Shown piece after piece: positions 9,996 to 19,358 of a stretch of DNA of 64,000 nt (the first letter of the stretch is position 1; each line of letters begins with the position of its first letter). The stretch comes from Acutalibacteraceae bacterium (lineage in GTDB: Bacteria; Bacillota; Clostridia; Oscillospirales; Acutalibacteraceae): positions 1 to 64,000 of the forward strand of contig JAXJVH010000007.1 in the NCBI GenBank assembly GCA_036308645.1, written 5' to 3'. The translations under genes and the position numbers were made by a program. The notes beneath the pieces are model-generated. The model was given only the letters and a program-made list of their open reading frames with translations. It ran no database searches and was not told the DNA's origin.

Positions 9996-10013
9996 GAGTT
10001 TTAGGGGAAATTT

Positions 10014-10943
10014 ATGATTTATAACAATGTTTTAGAGGCTATCGGGCATACTCCGATAATAAAATTACAGCGTTTACCTGATAAAGACAGCGCTGATATT
10101 CTCGTAAAATTTGAAGGACTTAATGTTGGCGGTTCTATAAAAACAAGAACCGCTTATAATATGATTAATGACGCCGAGAAAAAGGGACTTATTAACAAAA
10201 ACACCATTATTGTTGAACCTACAAGCGGTAATCAAGGCATAGGTCTTGCACTTGTAGGCGCAGTTAAGGGCTACCGAACAATTATAATTATGCCTGATTC
10301 CGTAAGTGAGGAACGCAGAAAATTAGTCCGCCATTACGGTGCCGAGGTTATACTCGTTCACGATGCCGGAAATATAGGCGAATGTATTGATGAATGTGTA
10401 AAAACCGCTGAAAGAATGAAAGATGAAAACCCAAATGTTTTTGTTCCGCAACAATTTGAAAACCCTGCAAATCCGTTGGCTCATAAATACCACACAGGTC
10501 TTGAAATATTAGAGCAGGTTGCAGGTCCTATTCACGGATTTTGTTCGGGCATAGGCACAGGCGGAACTATTACAGGAATTTCCGAAGTTATCAAAGCGCA
10601 GTATCCCGACCTTACCGTTTGGGCGGTTGAGCCTGAAAACGCCGCAATTCTTGCAGGCGGTACGGTAGGCACTCATTTGCAGATGGGTATCGGCGACGGA
10701 GTTATTCCGAAAATTCTCGATACTTCGTGTTACGAGCATATCTGCATTATTTCCGATGAAGAGGCTATTTCGGTTTCAAAAGATTTAGCTCGGCTTGAGG
10801 GAATTATGTGCGGTATTTCAAGCGGTACAAACGTGGCCGCCGCTATGAAACTCGCGAAAATACTCGGCAAAGGCAAAACCGTTGTAACGGTACTGCCCGA
10901 CACCGCAGAAAGATATTTTTCAACCCCGCTTTTTGAGGAATAA
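10014..10943 (+). CDS. cysK: Cysteine synthase / O-acetylserine sulfhydrylase family PLP enzyme
   Basis: 309 aa with a PLP-lysine context (GGSIKTR) and EPTSGNQGIGLA. Confidence 0.75.
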   Translation: MIYNNVLEAIGHTPIIKLQRLPDKDSADILVKFEGLNVGGSIKTRTAYNMINDAEKKGLINKNTIIVEPTSGNQGIGLALVGAVKGYRTIIIMPDSVSEERRKLVRHYGAEVILVHDAGNIGECIDECVKTAERMKDENPNVFVPQQFENPANPLAHKYHTGLEILEQVAGPIHGFCSGIGTGGTITGISEVIKAQYPDLTVWAVEPENAAILAGGTVGTHLQMGIGDGVIPKILDTSCYEHICIISDEEAISVSKDLARLEGIMCGISSGTNVAAAMKLAKILGKGKTVVTVLPDTAERYFSTPLFEE

Positions 10944-11505
10944 AAAAATGAAAATTATTTTAGCGTCAAAATCTCCCCGACGTCAGGAGATTTTAACTGA
11001 TTTAGGATATGATTTTAAGGTTATAACCGCCGAAACCGACGAAAGTTCCGATATTTCAGAGCCTTCGGCATTGGTTACGGAATTGGCAAAGAGAAAAGCC
11101 TATGCGGTGGCAGATTTGTGCTGTGATAACAATTCCGTTATTATTGCCTGCGATACGGTGGTAGCAACTGAAAATGAAATTTTAGGCAAGCCGAAAAATA
11201 AGCAAGACGCAAGAAGAATGTTAGCAAAGTTATCGGGCAATGTTCATAGCGTTTACAGCGGACTATGCCTTATCAAAGGCGATAAAGTTTTGACCGACTA
11301 CTGCAAAACAGACGTTTATTTTGATAAACTTTCAAAAAGCGACATTGATTGGTACATCTTGCAAAACGAATGGTCCGACAAAGCGGGCGGTTACGGAATA
11401 CAGGGAAAAGCCTCTGTATTTATCCGCAAAATCAACGGCGATTACTTTAACGTGGTGGGTTTGCCTGTAAACACGCTTTACAAAATGCTTAAAGAATTTT
11501 CTTGA
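10933..11505 (+). CDS. maf: Maf-like nucleoside triphosphate pyrophosphatase
   Basis: 190 aa beginning MKIILASKSPRRQEIL, which is canonical for Maf. Confidence 0.8.
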   Translation: MRNKKMKIILASKSPRRQEILTDLGYDFKVITAETDESSDISEPSALVTELAKRKAYAVADLCCDNNSVIIACDTVVATENEILGKPKNKQDARRMLAKLSGNVHSVYSGLCLIKGDKVLTDYCKTDVYFDKLSKSDIDWYILQNEWSDKAGGYGIQGKASVFIRKINGDYFNVVGLPVNTLYKMLKEFS

Positions 11506-11559
11506 TTTGTGCAATTGATACACTTTGTTTATTGCCGATAATTTATAACACAAAAGTCA

Positions 11560-11600
11560 AAATGCGATAGAAGTTTTTGCACTTCTATCGCATTTATTTT
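11560..11600 (+). terminator. Rho-independent terminator of maf
   Basis: 15-bp perfect stem AAATGCGATAGAAGT / ACTTCTATCGCATTT followed by ATTTT. Confidence 0.7.
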
Positions 11601-11639
11601 AGGTTCTATTCCTAATGTTGGGTTTTCAACACTTATCGC

Positions 11640-11805
11640 CTCCCTCTGACGAGGGAGGTGGCACGGCGGCTTTGCCGTGACGGAGGGAGAGAAAGAATAA
11701 AGATAGGTATATACTTTGGCTTTTCTCTCCCTCAGTCTCGCTTCGCTCGACAGTTCCCTCGTCAGAGGGAGCCAATCTACACCCCAACTTTTGCAAAAGA
11801 ACCTT
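11640..11805 (+). repeat. Copy 2 of the GGAGGGAG-rich multi-hairpin repeat, about 166 bp. 5' inverted-repeat arm CTCCCTCTGACGAGGGAG at 11640-11657 and 3' arm TCCCTCGTCAGAGGGAG at 11755-11771.
   Basis: 11679-11805 is about 96% identical to 1-127. Four predicted hairpins including CACGGC-GGCTTT-GCCGTG. Lies between the convergent maf and phoR genes. Confidence 0.7.
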
Positions 11806-11854
11806 ATTTTATTACGGGTTAATTTGCCGTTTATTTTTTACAGTACATTTTTAA

Positions 11855-13510
11855 TTATTTATTAAATGTTAACGAAATAGTTGTTCCTTTTCCGATTTCG
11901 CTTTCTACACCCACTTGAGCATTATGATAAACCGCTCCGTGTTTTACAATTGAAAGACCGAGTCCCGTTCCGCCGATTTCTTTTGAATGAGATTTATCAA
12001 CTCGGTAAAAACGCTCAAAAATTTTATCAAAATCGGCTTTATTTATACCTATACCCGTATCGGAAACCGAAATTTTAATATGTTTTCCGGTATCCTCAAC
12101 CGATATTTTAACTTTTCCGCCTTTTTTATTATACTTTACGGCATTGTCAACAAGATTGAAAATCATTTCTTCAACTATTGTATAGTTTCCGTTTATAAAC
12201 GCTTTATTATCGTTGTACTCGATTGTAATATTATCTTTATCGGCAACGGGTTTAAGCCGTTCGGCAGTAAGCCTTACAATCTGCGTGATGTCCACAGGCT
12301 CATCATCAAAAGGAACAGAATTTTCATCAAGTTTTGAAATTTTGATAATATCGTTAACAAGCGAAATAAGTCGCTTTGCCTCGTCATAAATACTTGTTGA
12401 AAAATCAACTATATCCTTATTATCAACCGCTCCCGATTTCATCAACTCCGCAAATCCCGAAATTGATGTAAGCGGTGTTTTCAGTTCATGAGAAACATTT
12501 GCGGTGAATTCTCGGCGCAATTCCTCACGCTGTGCCTTTTCGGTTATATCCATAATAACTATAACCGCTCCGGCGGGTTTGCCGTCAAAAGCAACGGGAT
12601 TTGCAATAAGATTTAAAATTCTGCCGTTTGATTTTATCGAATGTTCACAGTGTTCGCCGCCGACCGCCTGTTCGACAGTATCCAAAAACTCGGCTGAACG
12701 GTTAATCTCAACAACGCTTTTTGCTTTTTGAGCGTCGGATGACGAAAGCAAATTCAAAGCCGCGGCATTAACCGAAAGCAAATTTGCATATTTATCAAGT
12801 ACCAAAATACCTTCGCTCATATTCTCGGTGATAAGTTCAAACTGCTCCCTGCTTCTGCTTGCATTTTTAAGCTGTCGCTTAATCGTTTTATTCTGTTTTG
12901 AAATTCTGTTGAGCAAAGGTGAGATTTCCTCATAAACATCATTTTCCAGCGGATTTTCGATGTCGATTTCATTAATCGGAGCTACAATTCTTTTAGCAGA
13001 ACGTGAAGCAAATACCGCCGAAAGAATTATCATAAGAATAATTATAAAGGCGAAAGGCTGTAACACCCCGATTACCATTAAAAGAACAGAATCTTCGGCC
13101 GCCGAAATTCTGATAACATCGCCGTTTGAAAGTCTTTGCGCATAATAATAATGCTGTTGCAAAAGAGTATCCGAATAACGCTTGCTCTCCCCTGATCCTG
13201 TTTCGAGTGCGTCTTTTACCTCTTTTCTGTTAAGGTGATTTTCCATTTTTGATACATCGGTGGAATTATCAAATCTAACCGTTCCGTCGGAAGAAATATA
13301 AGTAATTCGCTTTGATTTATCGCTTAAATTTTCAAGGTAAGGAATACCCTCTGTTTCGACTGCGGCTTTTATATAGGTAAGTTCGCTTCGAAGTTCAATC
13401 TGCTTTTGAGTGCCGAAATTATTATAAAGCACGCACATTATCAAAACTACGCCCGCAAACAAAATAACCGAAGAAACAAGCAAAATCGAACGAAATATTT
13501 TTTTACTCAA
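11855..13510 (-). CDS. phoR: Sensor histidine kinase (PhoR-like)
   Basis: 551 aa with two transmembrane segments flanking an extracytoplasmic domain, a PAS-like region, a HisKA H-box (SHELKTPLTSI) and HATPase_c. In an operon with phoP, phoU and pst. Confidence 0.7.
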   Translation of the reverse strand: MSKKIFRSILLVSSVILFAGVVLIMCVLYNNFGTQKQIELRSELTYIKAAVETEGIPYLENLSDKSKRITYISSDGTVRFDNSTDVSKMENHLNRKEVKDALETGSGESKRYSDTLLQQHYYYAQRLSNGDVIRISAAEDSVLLMVIGVLQPFAFIIILMIILSAVFASRSAKRIVAPINEIDIENPLENDVYEEISPLLNRISKQNKTIKRQLKNASRSREQFELITENMSEGILVLDKYANLLSVNAAALNLLSSSDAQKAKSVVEINRSAEFLDTVEQAVGGEHCEHSIKSNGRILNLIANPVAFDGKPAGAVIVIMDITEKAQREELRREFTANVSHELKTPLTSISGFAELMKSGAVDNKDIVDFSTSIYDEAKRLISLVNDIIKISKLDENSVPFDDEPVDITQIVRLTAERLKPVADKDNITIEYNDNKAFINGNYTIVEEMIFNLVDNAVKYNKKGGKVKISVEDTGKHIKISVSDTGIGINKADFDKIFERFYRVDKSHSKEIGGTGLGLSIVKHGAVYHNAQVGVESEIGKGTTISLTFNK

Positions 13511-14190
13511 AACTCCTCACCTCCGATTTTGTAACCGATACCTTTAACGGTTTCGATACAATCGCCTGCTTTGCCTAATTTTGAACGCAGTTTTCTTATA
13601 TGAACATCAACGGTTCTTGATTCGCCGTCGAAAGCATAGCCCCAAATTTCATTTAAAATAACATCTCTTGTAAGCACAGCGCCCTCGTTGCGAAGAAGCA
13701 TACACAAAAGTTCGTATTCTTTCAGCGCAAGAGTTACGGTTTCTTCGCCTACTTTTACAATATGTTTTTTCTCATTTACATAAAGTTCGCCCAAACGGTA
13801 AACTTTTTCATCCTGTTTTACATATCGGCGAAGCACCGCTTTAATTCTTGAAATAAGTTCCATCATACCGAAAGGCTTCGGAATATAATCATCAGCGCCG
13901 TTGTCAAGTCCGATAACCTTATCATACTCCGAGGTTTTAGCGGTAAGCATTATTACGGGAATATCCTTTGTAGAGGTTTTTGTCCTTAACTTTTTAAGAA
14001 TTTCAAGACCGTCTTCTTCAGGCAGCATAATATCGAGCAAAACAAGGCTCGGAAGTTCATCAGATACAGCTTTCCAAAAGTCGCTCGGCTTTGCAAAACT
14101 CTCGCTTAAAAAGCCGTTGCTTTTGAGCGCATAATCAACAAGCTTTCTGATATTATTATCATCTTCTACAAGATAAATTTTTTCGGGCAT
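13507..14190 (-). CDS. phoP: OmpR-family response regulator (PhoP/PhoB-like)
   Basis: 227 aa with a receiver domain (LLDIMLP) plus a winged-helix output domain; overlaps the phoR start. Confidence 0.75.
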   Translation of the reverse strand: MPEKIYLVEDDNNIRKLVDYALKSNGFLSESFAKPSDFWKAVSDELPSLVLLDIMLPEEDGLEILKKLRTKTSTKDIPVIMLTAKTSEYDKVIGLDNGADDYIPKPFGMMELISRIKAVLRRYVKQDEKVYRLGELYVNEKKHIVKVGEETVTLALKEYELLCMLLRNEGAVLTRDVILNEIWGYAFDGESRTVDVHIRKLRSKLGKAGDCIETVKGIGYKIGGEEF

Positions 14191-14234
14191 ACTTTTTACC
14201 CCCTTGCTTTCTTTCAGTCTTTTTATATTATACG

Positions 14235-14873
14235 TTATTTATGCTCTCCTGTCAAAGAGTAACATACCCAATCGGCAATATTTGTTGCATGATCGCCTAT
14301 GCGCTCAAAATATTTTGCAACCATAAGAAGGTCAAGACAAAATTCACCGTTCTGCTCACCTTTACGAATTAACTCGGTAAGTTCGTTTTTAACTTTAATA
14401 AAAAGATTGTCCACAATATCATCATACTGCATAACTTCTCTTGCCATTTCAATATCTTTTTTAACAAAAGAATCTACGCTGTCGGTAACCATTTTAATTG
14501 TGGCTCTCGCCATATCGCCTATATGAAGCTTGCTTTCAGCCTCGCCTACGCTGATAAATTTAATTATTTCCGCAATATCAGCCGCCTGGTCGCCTATTCT
14601 CTCCATATCCGAAATCATTTTTAAAGCAGAAGAAACGGTACGAAGGTCTTTTGCGACAGGCTGTTGCTGTAAAAGCAGACGCATACAAATACTTTCAATA
14701 TCTCTTTCCATATCGTCGATTTTAGCGTCGGTTTCAAAAACCTTTTCTATCATATTGCTGTCGCCGTCGCTTAAAGCTTTTGCCGCTGATGAAATTGCTT
14801 CTTCGCAAAGCGCTCCCATTTTAATTATTTCAACATTTAAGGTTTCAAGCTGTCTGTCGAATCTGTTTCTCAT
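14235..14873 (-). CDS. phoU: Phosphate signalling complex protein PhoU
   Basis: 212 aa with two PhoU repeats. Confidence 0.85.
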   Translation of the reverse strand: MRNRFDRQLETLNVEIIKMGALCEEAISSAAKALSDGDSNMIEKVFETDAKIDDMERDIESICMRLLLQQQPVAKDLRTVSSALKMISDMERIGDQAADIAEIIKFISVGEAESKLHIGDMARATIKMVTDSVDSFVKKDIEMAREVMQYDDIVDNLFIKVKNELTELIRKGEQNGEFCLDLLMVAKYFERIGDHATNIADWVCYSLTGEHK

Positions 14874-15622
14874 TATCCGAACCTCCCTGTTATATAATCC
14901 TCTGTTCTTTTATCTCTCGGCGAAGAAAACATCTTTTCGGTTTCATCATATTCAACAACCTCACCGAGCAGGAAAAATGCAGTTTTATCTGCAACTCTTA
15001 CTGCCTGCTGCATATTATGAGTAACCATTACAATCGTGTATTTTTTCTTAAGCTCAATAACCAAATCCTCAATTTTCGAGGTTGAAATAGGGTCAAGCGC
15101 CGAAGTAGGCTCATCCATTAAAAGCACTTCAGGCTGTACTGCAAGCGCACGGGCAATACAAAGACGTTGCTGCTGACCGCCCGAAAGACCGAGAGCGCTC
15201 TTTTTAAGCCTGTCTTTAACCTCGTCCCAGATAGCCGCATTTTTAAGCGAGGTTTCTACTATTTCATCAAGTTTTGACTTTGAATGTACCCCATGAGTTC
15301 TCGGTCCGTAGGCTATGTTATCATAAACGCTCATAGGAAAAGGATTTGGCTTTTGAAACACCATACCAACCCTTTTTCTCAGTTCGCTGACGTCCATATT
15401 ACCGTAAATATCTTCACCGTCAAGTGTTATACTGCCCTGAATTTTACAACCCTCAACTAAATCGTTCATTCGGTTTAAGGATTTCAACAGAGTAGATTTA
15501 CCGCAGCCCGAAGGTCCTATAAACGCGGTAATTTCATTTTTTTCTATATTAAGATTAACGCTTTTAAGCGCTTTAAAATCGCCGTAATACAAATCTAAAT
15601 TTTTTATTTCAAATTTACTCAC
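14873..15622 (-). CDS. pstB: Phosphate ABC transporter ATP-binding protein
   Basis: 249 aa with Walker A (GPSGCGKST) and ABC signature LSGGQQQR. Confidence 0.9.
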   Translation of the reverse strand: MSKFEIKNLDLYYGDFKALKSVNLNIEKNEITAFIGPSGCGKSTLLKSLNRMNDLVEGCKIQGSITLDGEDIYGNMDVSELRKRVGMVFQKPNPFPMSVYDNIAYGPRTHGVHSKSKLDEIVETSLKNAAIWDEVKDRLKKSALGLSGGQQQRLCIARALAVQPEVLLMDEPTSALDPISTSKIEDLVIELKKKYTIVMVTHNMQQAVRVADKTAFFLLGEVVEYDETEKMFSSPRDKRTEDYITGRFG

Positions 15623-16502
15623 CTTTTGCTCCTCCTGTTAATTTTTTTGCCGCAAGATTTGACAATCCGTTTATAAGCAGAACAAGTACCAATAAAACAA
15701 CCGCAGTTGCATAAGCCTCATTAGTATAAAGTCCCTCCGAAAGCAGTGTGTACATGTGAACCGAAAGCGTTCTTCCCGAACTCATTATAGTTTTCGGAAT
15801 ACCTGCTACCGTACCTGAAGTATAAATCAGCGCAGCGGTTTCGCCTACTATTCTGCCTATTGCAAGAATTACGCCTGATAAAATACCGGGAATTGCCGAC
15901 GGCAAAACAACCCTGAAAACAGTACGAAGTCTGCCGGCACCCAGTCCGAAACTGCCCTCTCTGTATGAATCGGGAACAGCTATCAGCGCTTCTTCGGTAG
16001 TTCGCATAATAAGCGGCAGTACCATCATAGCAAGAGTGATTGCGCCTGCAAGCATAGAATAGCGCCAGCCGAAAGTTATATTGAAAAACAAATAGCCGAA
16101 AAGTCCGAATACAATTGAAGGAATACCCTGAAGCGTTTCTGTTGTAAGTCTTACCGCTTTTACAAGGCGGTTGCCTCTTTTTGCGTATTCAACCAAATAA
16201 ACCGCCGAAAAAACGCCTACGGGAACGGCGATTATAAGAGTCATAAATACCATTGTAAAGGTATTGATAATAGCCGGCATCATAGAAACATTTTCGCTTG
16301 TATATTTAAACTCAAAAAGCTCGGGCTTCAAATTCGGAATTCCTTTTGCAAGGATATATATAATGATGAAAAAAAGTATAAAAACCGTTATTACCGCAGA
16401 AAGTAAAACGAGAATGTAAGCAAGGAAAGAAAAAGGATGTTTTTTATAATTTTTCAGTTTTTGTGTAAATGTAAGTTTGTTAATATAATCCATCATTCTC
16501 AC
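15615..16502 (-). CDS. pstA: Phosphate ABC transporter permease PstA
   Basis: 295 aa polytopic permease in the pst operon. Confidence 0.85.
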   Translation of the reverse strand: MRMMDYINKLTFTQKLKNYKKHPFSFLAYILVLLSAVITVFILFFIIIYILAKGIPNLKPELFEFKYTSENVSMMPAIINTFTMVFMTLIIAVPVGVFSAVYLVEYAKRGNRLVKAVRLTTETLQGIPSIVFGLFGYLFFNITFGWRYSMLAGAITLAMMVLPLIMRTTEEALIAVPDSYREGSFGLGAGRLRTVFRVVLPSAIPGILSGVILAIGRIVGETAALIYTSGTVAGIPKTIMSSGRTLSVHMYTLLSEGLYTNEAYATAVVLLVLVLLINGLSNLAAKKLTGGAKGE

Positions 16503-16504
16503 CC

Positions 16505-17350
16505 CTAATCTTTCTTTTTAACCGCCGAAAAGCATAGATTGATTATAAGTATAAAAACGAACAACACTACTGCGGTTGCGATAAGTGCTTCACGGTGAAG
16601 TCCTGTAGCATATCCCATTTCCATAGCAATATTAGCAGTAAGCGTTCTTACACCGCTTGTAACACTTTTGGCTAAAATCGGCTGATTTCCCGCTACCATC
16701 ATAACCGCCATTGTTTCGCCTATAGCTCTGCCGATGCCGAGTATTATTCCTGCTGTAATGCCTGATTTTGCAGCAGGAAAAATTACTCTGAAAACACTTC
16801 TCTCATGAGTAGCGCCAAGCGCTAAAGAGCCTTCATAGTAGCTTTCCGGCACAGCATTTAAAGAGCTTTCGGTAACGCTTATTATCGTAGGCAAAATCAT
16901 TATACCGAGTAATATAGATGCGGTGAGTATTCCTTTTCCGCCACCGCCGAAAATATCCTGCATAATCGGAACTATAACAACAAGTCCGAAAAAGCCGTAA
17001 ACGATAGACGGAATACCTGCAAGCAGATTTACCGCAGGCTTAAGTAATTTATAAAGTTTTTCGGGACAAAATCTTGCTAAAAAGATTGCACATAAAAGTC
17101 CTATCGGAACTCCTACTATAATTGCACCGGCAGTAACATAGATACTGCCTAAAATCATAGGGAATATACCGTAAATATCGTTGCCCGGCTTCCATTTTGT
17201 ACCTGTTAAAAAGTCGATAAAACCGATTTTCGCCATTCCCGGAATACCGTTTGCAAATAAAAATATACAGATAAGCAAAACCGAAATTATTGACAAACAG
17301 GCGGTAAACAGAAAAACGTATTTCATTGCCGTTTCTTTAATTTTATTCAT
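16505..17350 (-). CDS. pstC: Phosphate ABC transporter permease PstC
   Basis: 281 aa permease. Confidence 0.85.
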   Translation of the reverse strand: MNKIKETAMKYVFLFTACLSIISVLLICIFLFANGIPGMAKIGFIDFLTGTKWKPGNDIYGIFPMILGSIYVTAGAIIVGVPIGLLCAIFLARFCPEKLYKLLKPAVNLLAGIPSIVYGFFGLVVIVPIMQDIFGGGGKGILTASILLGIMILPTIISVTESSLNAVPESYYEGSLALGATHERSVFRVIFPAAKSGITAGIILGIGRAIGETMAVMMVAGNQPILAKSVTSGVRTLTANIAMEMGYATGLHREALIATAVVLFVFILIINLCFSAVKKKD

Positions 17351-17471
17351 TTTGCACTCCTTTAAGAGTAGTTTTCAGCCGAATTTAATTTTTAAATTAC
17401 ACTTCTTTATTCGGATATAGGGTTTAAAGCCTTTTATGGCTTTAAACCCTTTTTAGCTGATAACTTATATT

Positions 17472-18377
17472 TTATTTAAGTTCTGACCAATCTGTTGTTT
17501 CGCCTGTAAATATTGCTTTAACCTGTTCGCTTGAAAGCTCATCAAAAGTATTATCGTTATTAACGATTACAGCGATACCGTCTTTTGCGATAACTGTTGC
17601 TTGAAGCTCTGCGGCTTCTTCATCTTTAAGCTCACGTGATGCCATACCGATATCCGAAACACCGTTCATTGCGTCTTTCATACCTGTTGAAGAATCTGAC
17701 TGCTGAAGCTCTATTGTTACATCTTTATTTAATGCACAGTAAGCTTCTTTGAGTTTTTCCATTACAGGAGTTACAGAAGAAGAACCGCTGATTGTGATTT
17801 TACCGCTTACGCCTGCTGCTTCGTATGCCGGTTTATCACCTACGCTGATGTATTTTTCCTGTTCAACAATCGCCTGACCTTCAGCACTCATAATGTAGTT
17901 GATAAAATCTTTTGCAGCGTCGCTTAAATCTTTTTTGGTTGCGATGTTAAACGGACGTGAGATTTTGTAGCTTTCATTTGAAACATTTTCAACAGAAGCT
18001 TCTACACCGTCGATTTTCAAAGCCTTTACTGTGTTGTTAAGTGAGCCGAGTGAAATATAACCGATTGCGCTTTCGTTACCTGCAACTGTTGTCATCATAA
18101 CTGATGTTGAGTTGGTAATTTCGGCAGCGTCTGTTGTATTATCGATTTTGTTTCCGTCTGCATCCTTTTCTTCAATACCGAAAAGTTCGATAAATGCGCC
18201 TCTTGTACCTGAACCGTCCTCACGTGAGATAACTGAGATTGCGCCTGTTGTTGCAGCGGCCTCATTGCCGCCTTTTGTCGTGCTGTCCTGATTGTCAGCG
18301 GCTTTGTTACCGCATCCGGTAAGAGCGCCCATAAGCACTACAATACCTAAAATTAATGCAAATATTCTTTTTTTCAT
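17472..18377 (-). CDS. pstS: Phosphate-binding lipoprotein PstS
   Basis: 301 aa with signal peptide and lipobox LTGCGN; periplasmic binding protein. Confidence 0.85.
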   Translation of the reverse strand: MKKRIFALILGIVVLMGALTGCGNKAADNQDSTTKGGNEAAATTGAISVISREDGSGTRGAFIELFGIEEKDADGNKIDNTTDAAEITNSTSVMMTTVAGNESAIGYISLGSLNNTVKALKIDGVEASVENVSNESYKISRPFNIATKKDLSDAAKDFINYIMSAEGQAIVEQEKYISVGDKPAYEAAGVSGKITISGSSSVTPVMEKLKEAYCALNKDVTIELQQSDSSTGMKDAMNGVSDIGMASRELKDEEAAELQATVIAKDGIAVIVNNDNTFDELSSEQVKAIFTGETTDWSELK

Positions 18378-18496
18378 AACTAAAGTTTCCTTTCTTGCTT
18401 TGAGATTTTTAATCTCATTTAATTAATTTTATTTCCCTCTTTTCAGGGTACGGGTTTATTCTAAATCGGCAAGGTTAAGTTTAAAACGTCACTTGT

Positions 18497-18513
18497 GTTA
18501 ACTGTATGTTAAC
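18497..18513 (-). promoter_or_regulatory. Candidate Pho box: two GTTAAC(A) direct repeats 11 bp apart upstream of pstS
   Basis: GTTAAC at 18497 and 18508; the minus strand reads TTAACA, which is the B. subtilis PhoP-box half-site consensus. An additional GTTAAG lies at 18473. Confidence 0.4.
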
Positions 18514-18671
18514 AATAATTGTTTTAAAAAAAACGGTATTTACATTAAAAAGTATATGTTAATTTAATTGAGATATTAATTTAACATAAATAAAGCAAAG
18601 CAAAATTTGTATAAAATATACAATCGGATTTATATATTTTTCACAAAGTTTAAAAATTGTCGAAAATTGTC

Positions 18672-18700
18672 TTGAAGTTCACGTGAACCTATGATATAAT
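18672..18700 (+). promoter_or_regulatory. Sigma-70 promoter (TTGAAG-17-TATAAT) with an embedded palindrome GTTCACGTGAAC
   Basis: -35 at 18672-18677, -10 at 18695-18700, exact 17-nt spacer. The 12-bp perfect palindrome at 18677-18688 spans the spacer. Confidence 0.55.
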
Positions 18701-18734
18701 TAGGTAAACTCAAACAAAAAGGAGGCAAAAGCTA

Positions 18735-19298
18735 ATGTATCAAAAACTTATTCCCGGAACAAATACGCCATACGGCGATTTAAAAGGCGGAGCTTTTGCA
18801 CTCTTTCAGCCTATGATAAAAGCGGCGGGCGGACTTACTTTGGCTCAAGTCTGCTCGATAACGGGACTTGAAGGCTCGACTATACAAAACTGGGTTAAAA
18901 GAGGATTTATTGCCCACCCTGTTAAAAAAAGATATTTTGAACGTCAGCTCTCAAGAATACTTATTTTAAGCGCTTTAAGGGACAGTATGCAGCTTGACAG
19001 CATAGTAGCATTGCTGAAATATATCAACGGCGATGTCGAAGATGACAGCGATGATAATATTTCAGAGCCGGAGCTTTTTGATTACTTTTGCAATATAGTA
19101 AGAAAGATTGATATAGAAAAAGGTATAAGTTTTAAGGAAATAGATTTATATATTAATGAGGAAATAAAAGATTTTAAAGGACCTTTTTCAGATTCAAAGC
19201 AACGTGTTTACAACACGCTCAAAACAATGATTTTAGGATATATTACGGGCAGATACAAACAGGAAACCGATTTCTTTTACAACAGCGTTTTAAACTGA
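18735..19298 (+). CDS. Hypothetical protein with a putative MerR-like HTH (LTLAQVCSITGLEGSTIQNWVKRGFI)
   Basis: 187 aa, no recognisable enzymatic motifs; HTH-like segment near the N-terminus. Confidence 0.4.
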   Translation: MYQKLIPGTNTPYGDLKGGAFALFQPMIKAAGGLTLAQVCSITGLEGSTIQNWVKRGFIAHPVKKRYFERQLSRILILSALRDSMQLDSIVALLKYINGDVEDDSDDNISEPELFDYFCNIVRKIDIEKGISFKEIDLYINEEIKDFKGPFSDSKQRVYNTLKTMILGYITGRYKQETDFFYNSVLN

Positions 19299-19358
19299 AA
19301 TCTCTTGTTTGTATGCGCGCATAATAAAAAACTATAGCTTTAATTAGGAGGAATATAT

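Noticed and set aside
11640-11700. CUGACGA motif within the repeat element resembling the hammerhead ribozyme CUGANGA core, with a GAAA 30 nt downstream
   Set aside because: The sequence between CUGACGAG and GAAA does not form a stem II closed by a G-C pair, and no stem I/III pairing with a cleavage-site triplet can be drawn. The resemblance is probably fortuitous within a palindromic inverted-repeat arm.
18497-18513. GTTAAC repeats interpreted as restriction sites (HpaI) or random AT-rich palindromes
   Set aside because: The exact 11-bp phasing and the position upstream of pstS fit a PhoP box better, so they are kept as a low-confidence regulatory call.
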